From NCBI GenBank assembly GCA_010093605.1, contig MU004192.1, positions 256,882-320,881 on the forward strand: a stretch of DNA of 64,000 nucleotides, given 5' to 3'. Made by a program: the position numbers and the translations under genes. Positions 1-13,300 of the stretch are shown one piece after another. Every line of letters begins with the position of its first letter. Position 1 is the first letter of the stretch. A model generated the notes under the pieces. It worked only from the letters and a program-made list of their open reading frames with translations. It was not told the DNA's origin and ran no database searches. The DNA comes from Lophium mytilinum. Its lineage: Eukaryota.

Positions 1-338
1 CGGCGTCTGTGAGGAAACGCGAGCGAGACCGCGAACTCGCAGAGCAAGCGGGCAGCGGCCTCGTTTCGTTCTCGTTCAAAGGCGGGAAGCCGTTCCAACA
101 CGCCCACCCGCTCGCTCGGCATCCGACCATCCTGATGCTCGGGAGTGAGGGCAGCGGCATCAAGTCGAGTCTGATGGCCAGGGCGCATTTCAAGGTGGGC
201 ATTAGGGGCGCGAGGCTGATCGATGAGGTGGGCGTCGATAGCTTGAATGTTAGTACGGCGGCGGCGGTTTTGTGTGGGGAGTTTATGCGGAGGCCTCCGG
301 CTCCGGATAAGAGTGGTGAGGAGGGGTTCTTGTTTTGA
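1..338 (+). CDS. MRM1: SpoU/TrmH-family rRNA methyltransferase, 3' part (runs off the window), likely mitochondrial Mrm1/Pet56
   Basis: SPOUT motifs ILMLGSEGSGI and VDSLNVSTAAAVL; TGA at 336-338. Confidence 0.75.
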   Translation, partial: ASVRKRERDRELAEQAGSGLVSFSFKGGKPFQHAHPLARHPTILMLGSEGSGIKSSLMARAHFKVGIRGARLIDEVGVDSLNVSTAAAVLCGEFMRRPPAPDKSGEEGFLF

Positions 339-1074
339 GAGTGAGAAGTTAGATGTATGCATTGGGTGGGTGTTAGGAAAGGTGTAGAATACTGTAGTAT
401 ATTGGGTAGATGGTGTATCATATTGTATCTAAGCGCGTAACTAGATATGCATACTGGTCAATTTGCACCGAAATCGGGTGAGACGCTGCGGCTACGCATC
501 GCCGCAGCTTTGTAGAGAGAATCCAAATCCACAGATATAGCCGGGTTAAACAGCGTCATTGCGGGCGCATATTTCCACGGCACTGGAGATGCTTGACGGG
601 TCCGGTGCGGTTCACAGTCTCGTGGAAAAGGGTTGAGCACGTGATGTCTATGTGTCTTGTGACACGTAACCTGAATCTTTATATATAAGCGTCGTCCTCG
701 CCATTTAGACCAGTTGCACAAGAAGAGGCGGACAGGATCCTGATCAAAAATCCGGCAGTTCCGATTCATAGCATTGGGGCCGGCGGAAGGTTCAAAACCG
801 GTACCAGAATGGTTTAATGGTTTGGGGAGGAGGGTTGGGGCTTGCAAAATGCCAGTGGAGATACTGCATGGAGTAGGAGGCGTGGTTTGTAGTCTGTGAT
901 GATGATGACGACGAGGATCATTTCCCGTAGGTAGTGAAATTGTATAGGTGGCAGCATTGAGGTGGTGGTTAGCGTTTGTTGCAATGGCGGGGAGGATGAC
1001 TATATTTCGCTACTCTCGAGAAGCAAGATATGTTGACGGTGTTCATCATCTGCGGGTGGCGTGCAGAGGTGGCT

Positions 1075-2105
1075 CCTAACACTTTGGCCGCTTTTGTTGG
1101 AAGAACTTACGAATCTACCTGTGTGGAAATTTGGTTTTGCGGACGCGGCGTGTATGTTATATAACCTCAGGGAGCTTGATAGTTGAACGTTTTCTACAGC
1201 GGTAACATCGGGCTATGGCTCAATTATTACGAAGGTATGAATAGGCGTTGCGTGAAGCACCTCTTCGACGCTTTGGCCGACTTTGTCGGAAGAAGTTACA
1301 GATTGAACCGTGTGATCATTAGTTTCGTAGACGCGGCGCGGACGAAATGTAGCTTACGCGTAGTCCCAAATCAATTCTAATAGAATCTCGCGAATAAGGA
1401 TAGTATCTTCCATGCGTTAGAAAGTGCTCTGCCTCTGTACTAGAACGTCTCCTCCACGCTTTGATCGCCTTTGTTGGATAAAGTTACAGATCTAACCGTG
1501 TGATAGTTTGGTTTGCGGACTTGGGGTGTATAAAGCTTGCCTCCTCGTGCTTTATATTTTGGCGCCTTCTATAAAGTTGATAATGGAAACCGATTTACCT
1601 GTTAGCAAGCTTTAATTAAACACTGCGTGATTTTGGACGCTTTGGCCGGCTTTGTTGGAAAGAGTCATAGATCGAACCGTATGATCATCGATTTCGTAAA
1701 CGGGGGGCGGACGAAGTGTAGCCTACACACGGTCGCAAAGTCCTTCGAACGTAAGGTCCTGAAATACGTCCATGGTTTACGGGATTCGAGGGGACTGCTG
1801 AATCACGTTGTGGGGTGATTCTATCACGCTTTGGTGGCTTTAGTGAGAAGATGTTACAGATCGAACCGTGTGATCGTTTATTTTTTGGGCAACGGAGCGT
1901 AGATGAAATGTGGCCTACGCCGGACTTTAGATCACTTTCGATTCCTAAGCCCTCATATGTGGGCGAGGTACTTCAGCCCGTGGAAGTTAACGCGAGATAT
2001 CGTGAAGCACCTCCTACACGATTTGATCGCTTCAGTAGGAAGAAGTTATAGATCTGACCGTACGAACGTTTCATTCGCACACGCAGTGTGGAGGTAACTT
2101 GCACT
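1075..2105. repeat. Tandem array of six degenerate ~188-bp units, apparently non-coding
   Basis: Core resembling CTTTGGCCGNCTTTGTTGGAAGAAGTTACAGATCNAACCGTGTGATC begins at 1082, 1271, 1459, 1640, 1829 and 2021 (spacings 189, 188, 181, 189, 192). Confidence 0.9.
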
Positions 2106-2124
2106 CATTTCCGGCTTGTGCCCA

Positions 2125-4432
2125 TCATTCGTGTTTCGTTCTTTTCGAGGTGCCGCTCTTACTTTCTTCGACCGCCTCTGTCGGTCTCTTGTTCTTCCCA
2201 TCGTTCTGCGGGTTCGCCTCCACCTCTTCAACCCCATCCCCATACAACGTCCTTCCCACCTCAACCCCCTTCAGAGCCCCCTCCTGCTCCAAAATTTTCA
2301 ACAACTCCGTTACCACCCCATCCATTCCCTTCTTCGCTAACACACTCAATGCAACCGGCAATTTCTCCTTCGTTTGACTGATCTTCGAATGAAAGCCTAT
2401 CTCGCCAACCGGCACAGTCACATCAACGCAACCAGAGCAATACGAAATCCCATACAAACTAAAACCAGTCCAGAACAACGTATCCGTCCTCGGATTCACC
2501 TGATCACGATATGCCGGCGTGCCCCAAGCCTGCGGAAACACCAAGATGGGGATCGTGTCTGGGTCTTCATCCTCAGAAGGGGCCAGCAGAAAGTTGTTGA
2601 CCCAGTCACCGAAGCTTTTGAGAGCTTTCTCCGCGGCCGCGGTTTCAGCGGACGTTACTTTGGCACCGTATTCCAAACGTGCGGCGAGGATGGGCTCGAT
2701 AAATGGAGCACGGCCGGAGTTCTTGGCGGCGTAGGCTTCGCGGAGGGGTTGGACGATGTTGGTATGAATGGAGGGGTAGACGATGTGCTGGTAAATGAGG
2801 CCGGTTGCCTCGACTAAGTCGGCGGGAAGGTCGGCTGGGTGGGTGCTGGCCCAGAAAGCGTCTAGGGAGAAAGTTTGTCGGGTGACGGAGAAGGCGGACT
2901 CGAGGGTTGAGATTGTGGATTCGAAGATGGCGTCTGCTTCTGGCTGCTCTGTTACTTGATCAGGGTTCGGGAAGAGGCGGGGTGCGTCTGATGGAGAGGC
3001 CTTTGAGGAGCGAACAGGATAGAGGAGCTTGATCTTCCACTTATTCAACTGCTTGTGAGATGGAGTGCGCATTAATGGGAACTTTGAGTGGGCCATAGAT
3101 TTGGTGACAGCCTGGAGAGCTTGGGCTGTGCGGGCGAAGACGCCAGCCGTGTCCATTAAAGGCGTCACAATGATCCCTGAGCTATCCACAGATCCCAGGG
3201 AGGGCCTCATTCCGTAAAGGCCATTCACGCCAGCAGGGTGACGGATAGAGCCGCCAGTGTCGGTGCCAATCGTGAAATCTAACCATTCATAGGCGGCGCA
3301 AGCGGCTGCCGAGCCTGAGCTGGAGGAGGAAGGTTTTTGGAATCCATCTCCTCTAGGATTGAAAGGCGTTATCTCTTCGAATCTAAAGAATGTTAGCATC
3401 GCTTTTTATTCATGGTCGATTTCTAATACTCCATCCAAGCGCCTGAAGTGCTGACAAAGGGGTGTATGCAGATTCACAAAAGTCTATCAGGCACCACAAG
3501 GGCCCTTGACTTTAGAAAGAAGGAGAGGTTTCGGTCACTATACCTCTCTAGCGGATCCTGCCCATCGCCAAACTGAGTGCATCTCATCTTTCCAACCAGG
3601 ACAGCCCCATCTGCGATCAGCTGGTTGATGAAAGGGGCAGATGCATGGGCAGGGTCTTGGACGCTGCGGTACGCAAGGCTGCCTCCGCCTGTCTCAAGAC
3701 CCTTGACGTCAATGAGGTCTTTGACGGCGAAACGTAAGCCAGCAAGTGGTTTAATGCCACTTCTCTCCTCGGAATATAATCTAGAAGGCACAGCGATCCG
3801 CTTTGACAGAGTAAGCACGTAAATCTGTCCACAAATCGAAGGGAACTTACATCGGTTTGAAGCCATCCGTAAGCCTGATGAGGACGGTCGACGTGGAATT
3901 TACGACTTAGACTTCCGCCAATGAAGCACTGTTGGCTGTCTTCGAACAACCTCGATACGGCAAAGACGTCCCCTTGGGGATTCGCAACATAGGGGCCATC
4001 GGGAATCTTCTCATGAGTTCTGGGGCCGTGGTCCTTGATACTTGTGTACTCTAGGCGCTGTTCTATCCACGGTGAGGAACTCTTCTTTTGTTGTCCGGGG
4101 TTTGACCTATACCCAATGCTCGAACTGGCTCCTCGGATTATCTCAACTGTAGTTTACATCAGCACTCAATTTATATCGTGACTAGCGATTGTCGCACTAT
4201 CTGAAAAACCCTCATTCCAAACATCATCGAACGAAGCAAATTTGGCCTTGATGATATCGCGATAGGTGTTTTCGCGAAGGTCTTTACCAGAGCTCAAGGG
4301 CTTGTCCCAAGAGAAGAGCGTCAAGGGTGTGAAAAGAGGCGCATGGTCCTCTGACGGGTGAATGGAGAACGTAGGCTCCTCATGAACGAGGAAATCGGAC
4401 CCTCCAATGGTCAAAGTAGTTCTAGGAGCCAT
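2125..4432 (-). CDS. Amidase-signature family protein (GatA-like), multi-exon
   Basis: PLAGLRFAVKDLIDVKG (catalytic Lys), SSSSGSAAA and IGTDTGGSIRHPA (Ser-cisSer) spread over ORFs 3474-3866 and 2125-3399; ATG at 4432 (MAPRTTL); internal exon boundaries not all resolved. Confidence 0.88.
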
Positions 4433-4975
4433 GATGAGGTTCAAGAGCAGCGTGGCACCGTGGGTAATGAGATGAAGTGTATGTAGTCTATACGAGGCGC
4501 AGCTTTGCTAGTTTGGAAGTGGCCGGGCGGCTAGAATAGTGAGCACCTCATCCGGTCTAGATCTGCAGCATCGACACTTCTCCATCACTGCACTCCGCAG
4601 GCACTTTGGTATTGCCTTTGAGGGGGCCCATATGTCTCAAGAATTGTTCAGACTCGATGTCATTACCTCCGTTAGACCCGCGTGTGTTTTTACCATCTCG
4701 GTCGTCTTGACCGGCCGGTGGCGCAGCATACCCTTGACTGCCGGCCTACCGCTACGTAGGCGGTTAGCAGCCGTCCACCGACATCATGAAGAGCAAGGCT
4801 GAAACTTGGGGGCGGAAAGACGAGTTGCGGGAGATAATCCTCGACTCCCCAGATTGTAGCGCCTAGAAGCTATGCTGCTCCGTTTTCCTCGAGTCTTGCA
4901 CGCTATCTGCACCTTCTTAAAGATCATCTAATTCTATTTGGACGATATTCTCAGACCCGCATTTCCTTTCTTTTC

Positions 4976-6709
4976 ATGTCTACCAGCGTTTCAAATGTGG
5001 CGGGAGATGCAGACGAGACTCCTCGCGTTTTGAACGACCTGCTCTATCGCAAAATCCGCCAAGAAGCTTTCAACGACGTAGATGGCGCGACCTTTAGTCA
5101 CTTTTCGTGCGCAGATATCTATGATGCAGATGAGGCTGGGGGGGTGTACCACGCTGGAATGAACGACTTAGCTATAAGAGCGTCTATAGCAGTGAGTAGC
5201 TATCGCCCCGCGTCACGCGTCACCATATTAATGTCCCAAATCAGAAAGATATGGATCGAGAGAAGGGGCATCGTCCACGGCTCAAGATCTTGTGAGTCTT
5301 CCTTTTCTTGAAAGCAGTATTCTCGGCATCTTGCGATGCAATTGGTTTCTGGGAATCAAGCCTTGCATAAGACTCTAATAAATCCAGCTTCCTTGACGGC
5401 GTACCAAAAGATCCAAGCCGCCTCCCAATCACCTCAAGTCTCCTGGGAGAGATTTTCTCAACATACAAAGTCAACTCACGCTTCGCGGATTTCGTGCACC
5501 GCCAGCACATGCCTGGCCAAGCCTCGCAATCAACCACTTCTCTCGACCATGGTAAGTAGCCCTATCGCTCAATTCCCGTTATCCATTCTCTAAACTGGTC
5601 TGTCTTGTGAACAGAATTATGGTTCTCTGCTGTGATACGGTCACACGAGTCCTACCGTGGAAAGCGCACCGACCTATCACGCTCAGTTATCGATTGGCAA
5701 CGCTGCTGCATTTGGGGAGATCACCATGCAACCGGTGACTTCACTTACATGATATGGCGGTGTCCGCTCTATATCAAAGAGATGTTTCGGGAGACATTCA
5801 TAGGCCCCGATGGCTCCAACTTACTGTACCATCCTATGCTCGTCCACGCATTCTTGGCAGAAAACATCGTCGTTCACGCATACGACTTTCTGAAGTACTT
5901 CGCGGAGCCATTGTATTCGTGGGAGAACAAGGCCGACGAGTTGCGCACCGCAGAAGACTATACGCAACGCTCAAAAGCATTCCTTGCTCTCTCCCGCCAG
6001 ATACATCAGGTGGCTACTGACTATGACATCCTCGAAGCTACCATTGCGCATCTCCGGAAAGAATCGAAATGGTACAAAGAAGCGAAAGTAGCCGAGTCTT
6101 TTGATCCTTCCACCACGCGCAAAATGCACAGCGCGCAACGCATTCTTGACGAGATCTTCGAGAATCTAGCGAGAGAGGTCAAGCTAATTGGCACGTACAG
6201 TAATCTATACCTTGAGCGGGCCAAGATTGGGGTGGACGAATGTTTTGCAATGATGACACAGCGAGATTCGGAGGTTTGTCTTTTTTCAATTTGCTCCGTA
6301 ATTCTATTGTCTTTTCTGATCGTATCCACAGATCAACCTCCGCATGGCCGCTGAGTCCACCAATATGGCGCGTGCCTCCCAAGAAGACAACCGCTCTCTA
6401 CGCGTCATTCAAATCATTGGCGCCATTTTCCTTCCTGGCTCTTTCATCGCGTCCATCTTCGGCATGGGCTTCTTTACGACCAACGTAAATGACCAAGGCA
6501 ATGCGGTATTTTCTGCGTCGTCTAGATGGTGGATCTATCTCGCGGTTGCGGTACCAGTGACTATACTCATATTGATACTCATGGGCGCCTATCAGATGTG
6601 GAGTGATGCTCTGGCTAGGAAGAAGGAAAAATCGGATACGTTGGACGACGTGGAGGATATTATTGAGCAAATGAAGCGGAGTAGGAGTCGGGGAAGTAAA
6701 GCTGGGTGA
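4976..6709 (+). CDS. Fungal protein with C-terminal CorA-like two-TM module
   Basis: Exons ~4976-5191, 5244-5551, 5615-6273, 6332-6709 with GT..AG introns; C-terminus DNRSLRVIQIIGAIFLPGSFIASIFGMGFF...WWIYLAVAVPVT. Confidence 0.75.
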
Positions 6710-7373
6710 TTTCAAAGATACGGGGAGTACGCAAGGCGTTTATGAGAGAACGATCATGCAGTTCGATCGATAAAGCCTAAGGACCAAATTACGAAAGAGT
6801 GCACAGATACTCCGAGATATCAGCAAAAAAGAATCGATTGCAGGCTGTGCACTATGCTTCCGGTTCGACGAGAATTTCCAAAGTGGAGTTGAGTACCTGG
6901 TTTGGTCATACCTCCACCGATGATGCGCATCGCTCAACCACCAATCAACAACGCCATGCGACGCACACCGTGAACTCCAAGGCCTTCGATCATCCCGCTC
7001 AACATTATCCATGCCGTCCGAAATCCCCGCACCCTGGAGCTTGGTGGACATCTTGATTAGCTTGTTTCCTAATAACGTAAAGAAGCCGTCCTCCCACCCC
7101 AAAAAACGGCGCTAGAATCGCATCCTAGTCAACAAGCCAGGCCAAACAACGCGTGCATGTTCAATTGATAATGTCTAATTGGCATGTTCCTGACTATCCT
7201 TGAGGATTGGCACGTCATATTACTGTGCTAGGCTGGAGGCCTCGGTCGGAAGATGGGGGTAGCTCTTGCCAAGATCTACCTAGCTAGAGCTTGGATAGCT
7301 ACAAAAGATGGCCGTGGCCCGCCAGCACGCCGGGTAGTCCTTGAAGACAGCACTGCAAAATCAAATTGGCATC

Positions 7374-9483
7374 ATGAAGCTGCAATTGTTGACTCTTGTC
7401 TCTTCAGCTGCCCTCGTCAGCGCCAGCTACACCAAGAACCTCAATTACCGCAGTCCCTCAGAGCATCATCCTGCGCTCGGCGTATCAATCCACAAGGTTG
7501 TAAAGCGGAATAACCCCTCAAGCAAATGGGACCCGTCGAAGCTGAACTTTACCCATGGAGTAGCTTCTGGCGACCCTTTCCCTGACAGCGTAGTCCTCTG
7601 GACGAGAATTGCGCCCTCGGCTGATAACGACAAGTCCAACGTTACCGTTGAGGGATACGTGCCGCTATACAATCATGATACGGAAGAGTATGTTGCTACT
7701 TCCAATGCGCCAGTCTGTGTGCAATACAAGATTGCCACCGATAAGGGGTGCAAAAGTGTGGCGGACTCTGGAACGGTGTACACTTCCTCTGACATCGACT
7801 ATACTGTAAAGGTAAGTGAAATAGTCTCAGTCTTATTCGTTCTCTTTTGATAATGAATGAATTCTGTGTCTGACAATAATATGATTAGGTTGAGGCGAAG
7901 AATTTGAAGCCATACACCACATACTACTACCAATTCAATGTCTGCAATTCGAACAATGTCAGCCCGTTAGGGAGGACCAAGACGACACCTCATGCCGATG
8001 ATGACATTACCAAGGTTGGGATCGCTGTCTACTCTTGCTCGAACTTCCGTAAGACTCATGACTCAAAGCGTTTGCTATACGATGTACTAATCATTTTCAG
8101 CATTCGGTTTTTTCAACGCATACGGAAATCCCGTGCGAAAAGTACACAATGATTTGATTTCTCGTGCGATTAACGTGACTAACAGTCCACGCAGGACTCT
8201 GTAGACTACGTGGTCCATCTCGGTGACTATATATACGAATACGCGAACGGCGAATACGGCTGGGGCCAAACCATTGGCCGAGTCCCTCTACCTGACAAGC
8301 AAATTTACTCGTTGTATGACTACCGCAAGCGAATCGCAACCTACCGCACAGATCTCGATCTCGTTGCAAGCCATCAGCAATTCCCATGGATTCCCGTGTG
8401 GGACGACCATGAGGTTTCTGACAATACCTACCGCGATGGTGCGTCGGAGTTGAACAACACCGAAGCGTCTTTCGTTGAGGATGGTGGAGTCAGCGTCGAC
8501 CAGCGAAAAATGAATGCTGTTCGAGCGTACTTCGAGTGGATGCCGATCAGGTGCGACTCTTCTAGTCCTCATAAGCTTCATTACTGATCTTCAATAGACA
8601 AGTCGAAATGGACGACAACCTCCGCATTTGGCGCTCATTCTCTATCGGCAAAGTGCTTGACCTCATTATGCTCGACACTCGTCAGTACGATCGCTCCATC
8701 ACTGACCTCTACTGGAACACCGACTACGTCCACTCGATCTCCGACGACGCCGGGCGCAGCATGATGGGCAGCCGACAAGAAAACTGGTTCTACAACCAAC
8801 TCTCCTCATCCTCCTCGCGCGGCGCGGCATGGCGCATCGTAGGCAGCCAAACCGTCTTCAGCCGGCTCAACGAATCCGTCGCCTACGGCCTCGAGAACCC
8901 ACTCGACTACGACGCATGGGACGGCTACCAAGCCAACCGCAACCGCACGTTCCAGCACCTCTACAACAACAACATCGGCAACAACATCTTCCTCTCCGGC
9001 GACAGCCACGCGTCCTGGGTATCCGACCTCGTCTGGCTCGACGAAAAGACGTACGACCCCGCCACCGGCGCCGGCAGCATCGGCGTCGAGTTTGCGGGCT
9101 CGGCGGTGACGTCGCCTTGCCCGTATGGCGCGAATATCTCGATGGCGTTGGCGCACAATGCCACGCGGTTTTTGGTTGCTGCGAATGAGGAGCTGCAGTG
9201 GAGCGATATATACTACCGCGGCTATTACGAACTGCACATCTCGCCGAGCGAGGTCGAGGCTAAGTATTTTGGGCTGCCGACTGTAGTCACAAGAAATAGT
9301 TACGAGATCAGCCTGGCGAATTTCACGGTTAAGAGCGGGGCGAATAGGCTCGCGAGGCCGGTTGCGGGGGGATTTGTGGAGAGCGGGAGTTTGAAGACGG
9401 GGAAGACGGTTATGACGAATGCGACGGTGGATACGGGGAATGGGACTTGGTTTGTTAGTCATTTTGACTTGGAGGTTTTGTAG
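7374..9483 (+). CDS. phoD: Secreted PhoD-type alkaline phosphatase D, multi-exon
   Basis: Signal peptide MKLQLLTLVSSAALVSA; FTHGVASGDP, HLGDYIYEY, WDDHEV, LDTRQYDR, DAWDGY, LSGDSH motifs; short exon ~8101-8141 (FGFFNAYGNPVRK). Confidence 0.93.
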
Positions 9484-10378
9484 GTGGACGGGAAAGCCAT
9501 AGGGAGATGCGCATATGATACGAAAGAATATGAGGTTTTGTGGACCGGGGACAGCTAAGAACTGTAGAATTGACATCTTATGAACTCGACACTCCATATT
9601 AGATCGATCAGAGACAGTCGTTGCTGGACGACCCGAATTAGGCTATGGATTAAGGCTTAAATTGGCGTTGTTGAGATGTATAAACGGGAGCCAGTCCCTG
9701 CGATTTGAACTCGATTTGGGCATATTATTGCCAGGGCCTACAAATTGAACGATTCGCAATTGCCCATTGCACGACACGCTAAACCGGACGTTGAAATCCA
9801 GGGCTATTTGGGTTGTGCGAGATGTACTTAATGGGTGTATAATATTCCGGAGCAATGAATCTTCATATTTCAGAGAACACAACAAAGCTAAGAAAGCAGT
9901 AGCGGGAAAGGGTACAGATATCTTTGACAAGATACTGCATCTACCTCCGTCTCATGCGAGCAAGTTCAGTAGATTTAGAAAACGAAGATAAGGATATATT
10001 CGAGCAAGATCAGGGTATCCCAAACCGAATCCAATGACACCATGTAGCCAAGACAGCTTAGAAAAGCTTGAAATCCAAAAGACTAAACATGCAACGCTGC
10101 TAAACCAACCCTTTTGAACACCGCCTGATGTCGGCTCGCGAACGCCATGGTTACCCCTGTTTCGCCTGATGAAAGACGGCTGAAGCTATGAGCCACCACT
10201 TTTGCGAGCAAGCCGAGTCCTCTCTTGATAATGTGACGACGCGTAAAATCTTGTTTCGTTGCAAAGGGGGATGATTTCGAACCAAGGGTCCTGCAAGCCT
10301 TCGACGTGAGGCCAACAATCCAAACTCCTTTCCCAAGCTATTCGAACAACCGTTCGATCCAAGAAAGTCATGAAGTCG

Positions 10379-13300
10379 TCATCTCCCCTCCTCGACGATG
10401 TCCTCGAACCCCACACGCCCTCTTCCTCTAGGTTTGACCGCTGAGCTACCACGGCTGCCAATCCCTTGCGCTCTCAGCCGCCGCTCGAACGATGTGATTC
10501 CTCCAATAGGACCTCTTTCACCATCTCCTGGACCTGCTCTAGAAGCCGGCGGCGCGCTCGCAGCGCCGAAAGCTGGGTTGAACGCCGCATTTCCACCACC
10601 ACCGAGGAATGATACACCGCCGCCGCCAGCACCGAGCAGTCGTTCTCTCGCTAGGGCTCGAGCTGTGTTGCGTTTCGATGGTGTACGGAGGTATCCCGGG
10701 GTTGAGTTTAAGAAAGGCCTCTCTGGCTCGACTTCGGGCTCCTGGTTCACAATCTCAGCCTCGAGCTCCTGCTGTTCTGCGTCCGGATTCCGCGTCGAGG
10801 GACGTAATCCAGTAGACGCGGCAGCAGGTCCGCCACCGGCTTGATCAGGCGAAAAGGAGAGACTGAGATTCAGATCCGCGCCATCAAGGAACGCGTCGTC
10901 GTCGAATGCAGTCCAATTTTCCGCGCGCGCGATGGTATCTTCACCAAGTTCCTGCTCTTCAAGGCCCTCGCCCTCGTCAGTGACGGGGACAGGTCTTCGA
11001 CCTGGTCTAGGGCTTGGTGAGACGGCTCTCTGCGCTTCTCTTTTTCTAACCTGCTCACTCCAAAATCTGACCATGGCTCTGACATGCTTCTCCCAATTCC
11101 GCCTTTGCAGCGCAATGGCGCTGTCCTCTTGTCGTTGGAGCTGAAAGATGCGCCAGCGGAGCTTCTTGAGGCATGTCGCGGCACTTACAGCCTGGCTTTC
11201 CACCTTCAAGGCAACGGCCTGAGTTTCTAGTTCTTGCGCGTGTTGATACCGCTCAGTCCAGATCGTAATTGCGTGGAGCAACAGCTTTTGGGTGCGGAAG
11301 CGCTCAGCCTGGTGCTCAAGCGAAAGAATCTCGTTGCTGCGCTCGCGCCAGCCACCAAAGAGCGCAGTGGCATCTCTCCAGAGCCAGTTCTCGCGCAGTT
11401 CTACCGCTTGTCGCTCTTGCACAGCTAGCTGAGCAGTACGATCCCGCCATTTCCCGAGCATGCGTCGAGTAAGTCCCATTTTGGTGTCGCGGCGGACTTG
11501 GACATATGCGTCGCGGCGCTGAATACGGCGGGCGATGGTCTCTTGTTCCTCTCTCTGGACGCGGGAGTGCTGTGTAGCGTTGCGCCATTGGCTGATGGCA
11601 TGCTTGGTGGTTACGTAGTAGTTGGCCCGCTCGGCATCTTGATTTAGTTGAACAAGGTGGTCGTGACGATCGAATAACTTGTTAAAGGCACGCTGGGTGA
11701 TCTTGGGCTCGTATAAAGATAATGCAAGCGCATTCTGGTTTTGGCGAAATCTAGTTGTGTTTCTGAGCTTGGTGAGACAGCTTCGCATGAGACTTATAGT
11801 ACGGTCGACGGTAAAATTTTGCTCTGCGGTTTCCAGTCTTTGGCGTTGGTCTTGCGCTTTGGTAATCCATTGAGTAAAAGTAAATCGCTTAAGTCGAGTG
11901 TTGCGAACCCGAATGAACAAAGAAGCTCTGGATTCTAGGAGCCATTTGTATAGCACCTGTACTACCAATCGGTCGTTGATTCGTGAAGTCAAGATCTGGC
12001 AACGTAGATGGTCATTCCATGCCGTCAAAGCATTTCGAAGAATTCGTTGTTGATTTATGGCGGCAGCTTGTCGCGAGAGCTTTGCCTGGAGATGCCATGT
12101 CTGTAGGGCAGATCTGGCCACTCTGTTATCCTTCTGTTGCGACATTTGGGCCAATAGGGGCTTTAGTTGCGCCTGTTTTCGCAACGCACGGAAGGCTGTT
12201 GAGAGCAGTGCCTTGGTCCTAAACTCTCTCTGCAGAGGCTCCAGTCTTTGCACAGCTGATGTCTTTTCGCTCCACTGCCTAAGCGTGTTTCTCTGGACAT
12301 CATGCACTCTAATCTGCTGAACAAAATCCTCTCTTTCTCTCAACATCCTCGTCATACTGGCCCATCTCAAAAAGAACGACTTCTTGAGCCTACCAGCATA
12401 CCACCAGGGAGCTCGGCGTTCAAAAAACTGCCAGCTCCAACGCTGGTAATGGCGATAAACTAGGTTCTCCTGATAAACAGCGAGAGCCTGAACTTTCTGC
12501 TCTTCGATGGCGGCTGTTCTCTTCCGCCATATACCAAAAAACTTTCGAAGTCCTACTCTTCGGATCTTGAATTCATTCACAGCTGTGATTTCGCGCCACG
12601 CCTTGAAGTATTTGGTTCGTAGAATGTGCCTTCGCGCCTCGGATGTCCTCTTCACCTCGTCCGAAGCACATTGAGCCCAGTGCGAGAAAGCCTTTGAAAG
12701 CAAAAACAGGTTATACGTCCTACCGGCACGGCTCTCCTGGCGGGCCCAGAAGCGCTCTGTCTCTTTTTGCTGTTGCTTAGCTTTGAGTCCAGAGCGCCAC
12801 TCTTCGAAAGCATGCCGAACGGTCCAGGTACGGTGGTAGGAAATCGCCTTCAATTCAAGATTCTCCTCCTCTTCGCGGACCTGTGAAGCTGCATCGCGCC
12901 ACTGCTGAAAGTAGTTACGTGCGTTGATCTTCGTTCGATCGTACAGGAATGTATTGGCCCAGTCCAGCATTTCGGCTTCCGTAGGCCGGTATACGATCTC
13001 TAGGGGCACATATCGGCGCCCCGGATTTTGTTGTGCGTACTGATCGTGGTTTCGAACGGGCGCAATAGAGCCTTCAGACCCATCTGCAGAATAGCTATCA
13101 TGAAGTTGTGCGAGCGGATCTCCAGGATTCCGCCTAATCCTCAGACTGCCTTGGCTAGACACGGATCCAGTTCTCTTCGGCCGGTATGCTAAAGTATCAG
13201 ACACAGCCCTTTGGTTCACCCGGCCCCTAATCGGTAATGGCGGCAGCGCTCTCGACCGTGAATGCGATCGCGCGCGCCCTGCCACACCCTGATCCGTCGC

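Noticed and set aside
458..847. 129-aa minus-strand ORF
   Set aside because: Non-ATG start, no recognisable motif or coding-like composition.
1276..1289. CCGAC-TTT-GTCGG hairpin in array unit 2 as a conserved RNA structure
   Set aside because: Pairing is retained only in unit 4 (through G-U pairs) and lost in the others; no convincing covariation by eye.
1075..2105. CRISPR array or repeat-protein interpretation of the 188-bp array (short ORFs reading LAxFVGRSYR)
   Set aside because: Eukaryotic context, no cas genes, repeats too long and degenerate, spacers partly homologous; stops and indels break every frame.
7100..7370. Pho4/NUC-1 CACGTG site upstream of phoD
   Set aside because: Only an imperfect CACGTC (~7211) is visible.
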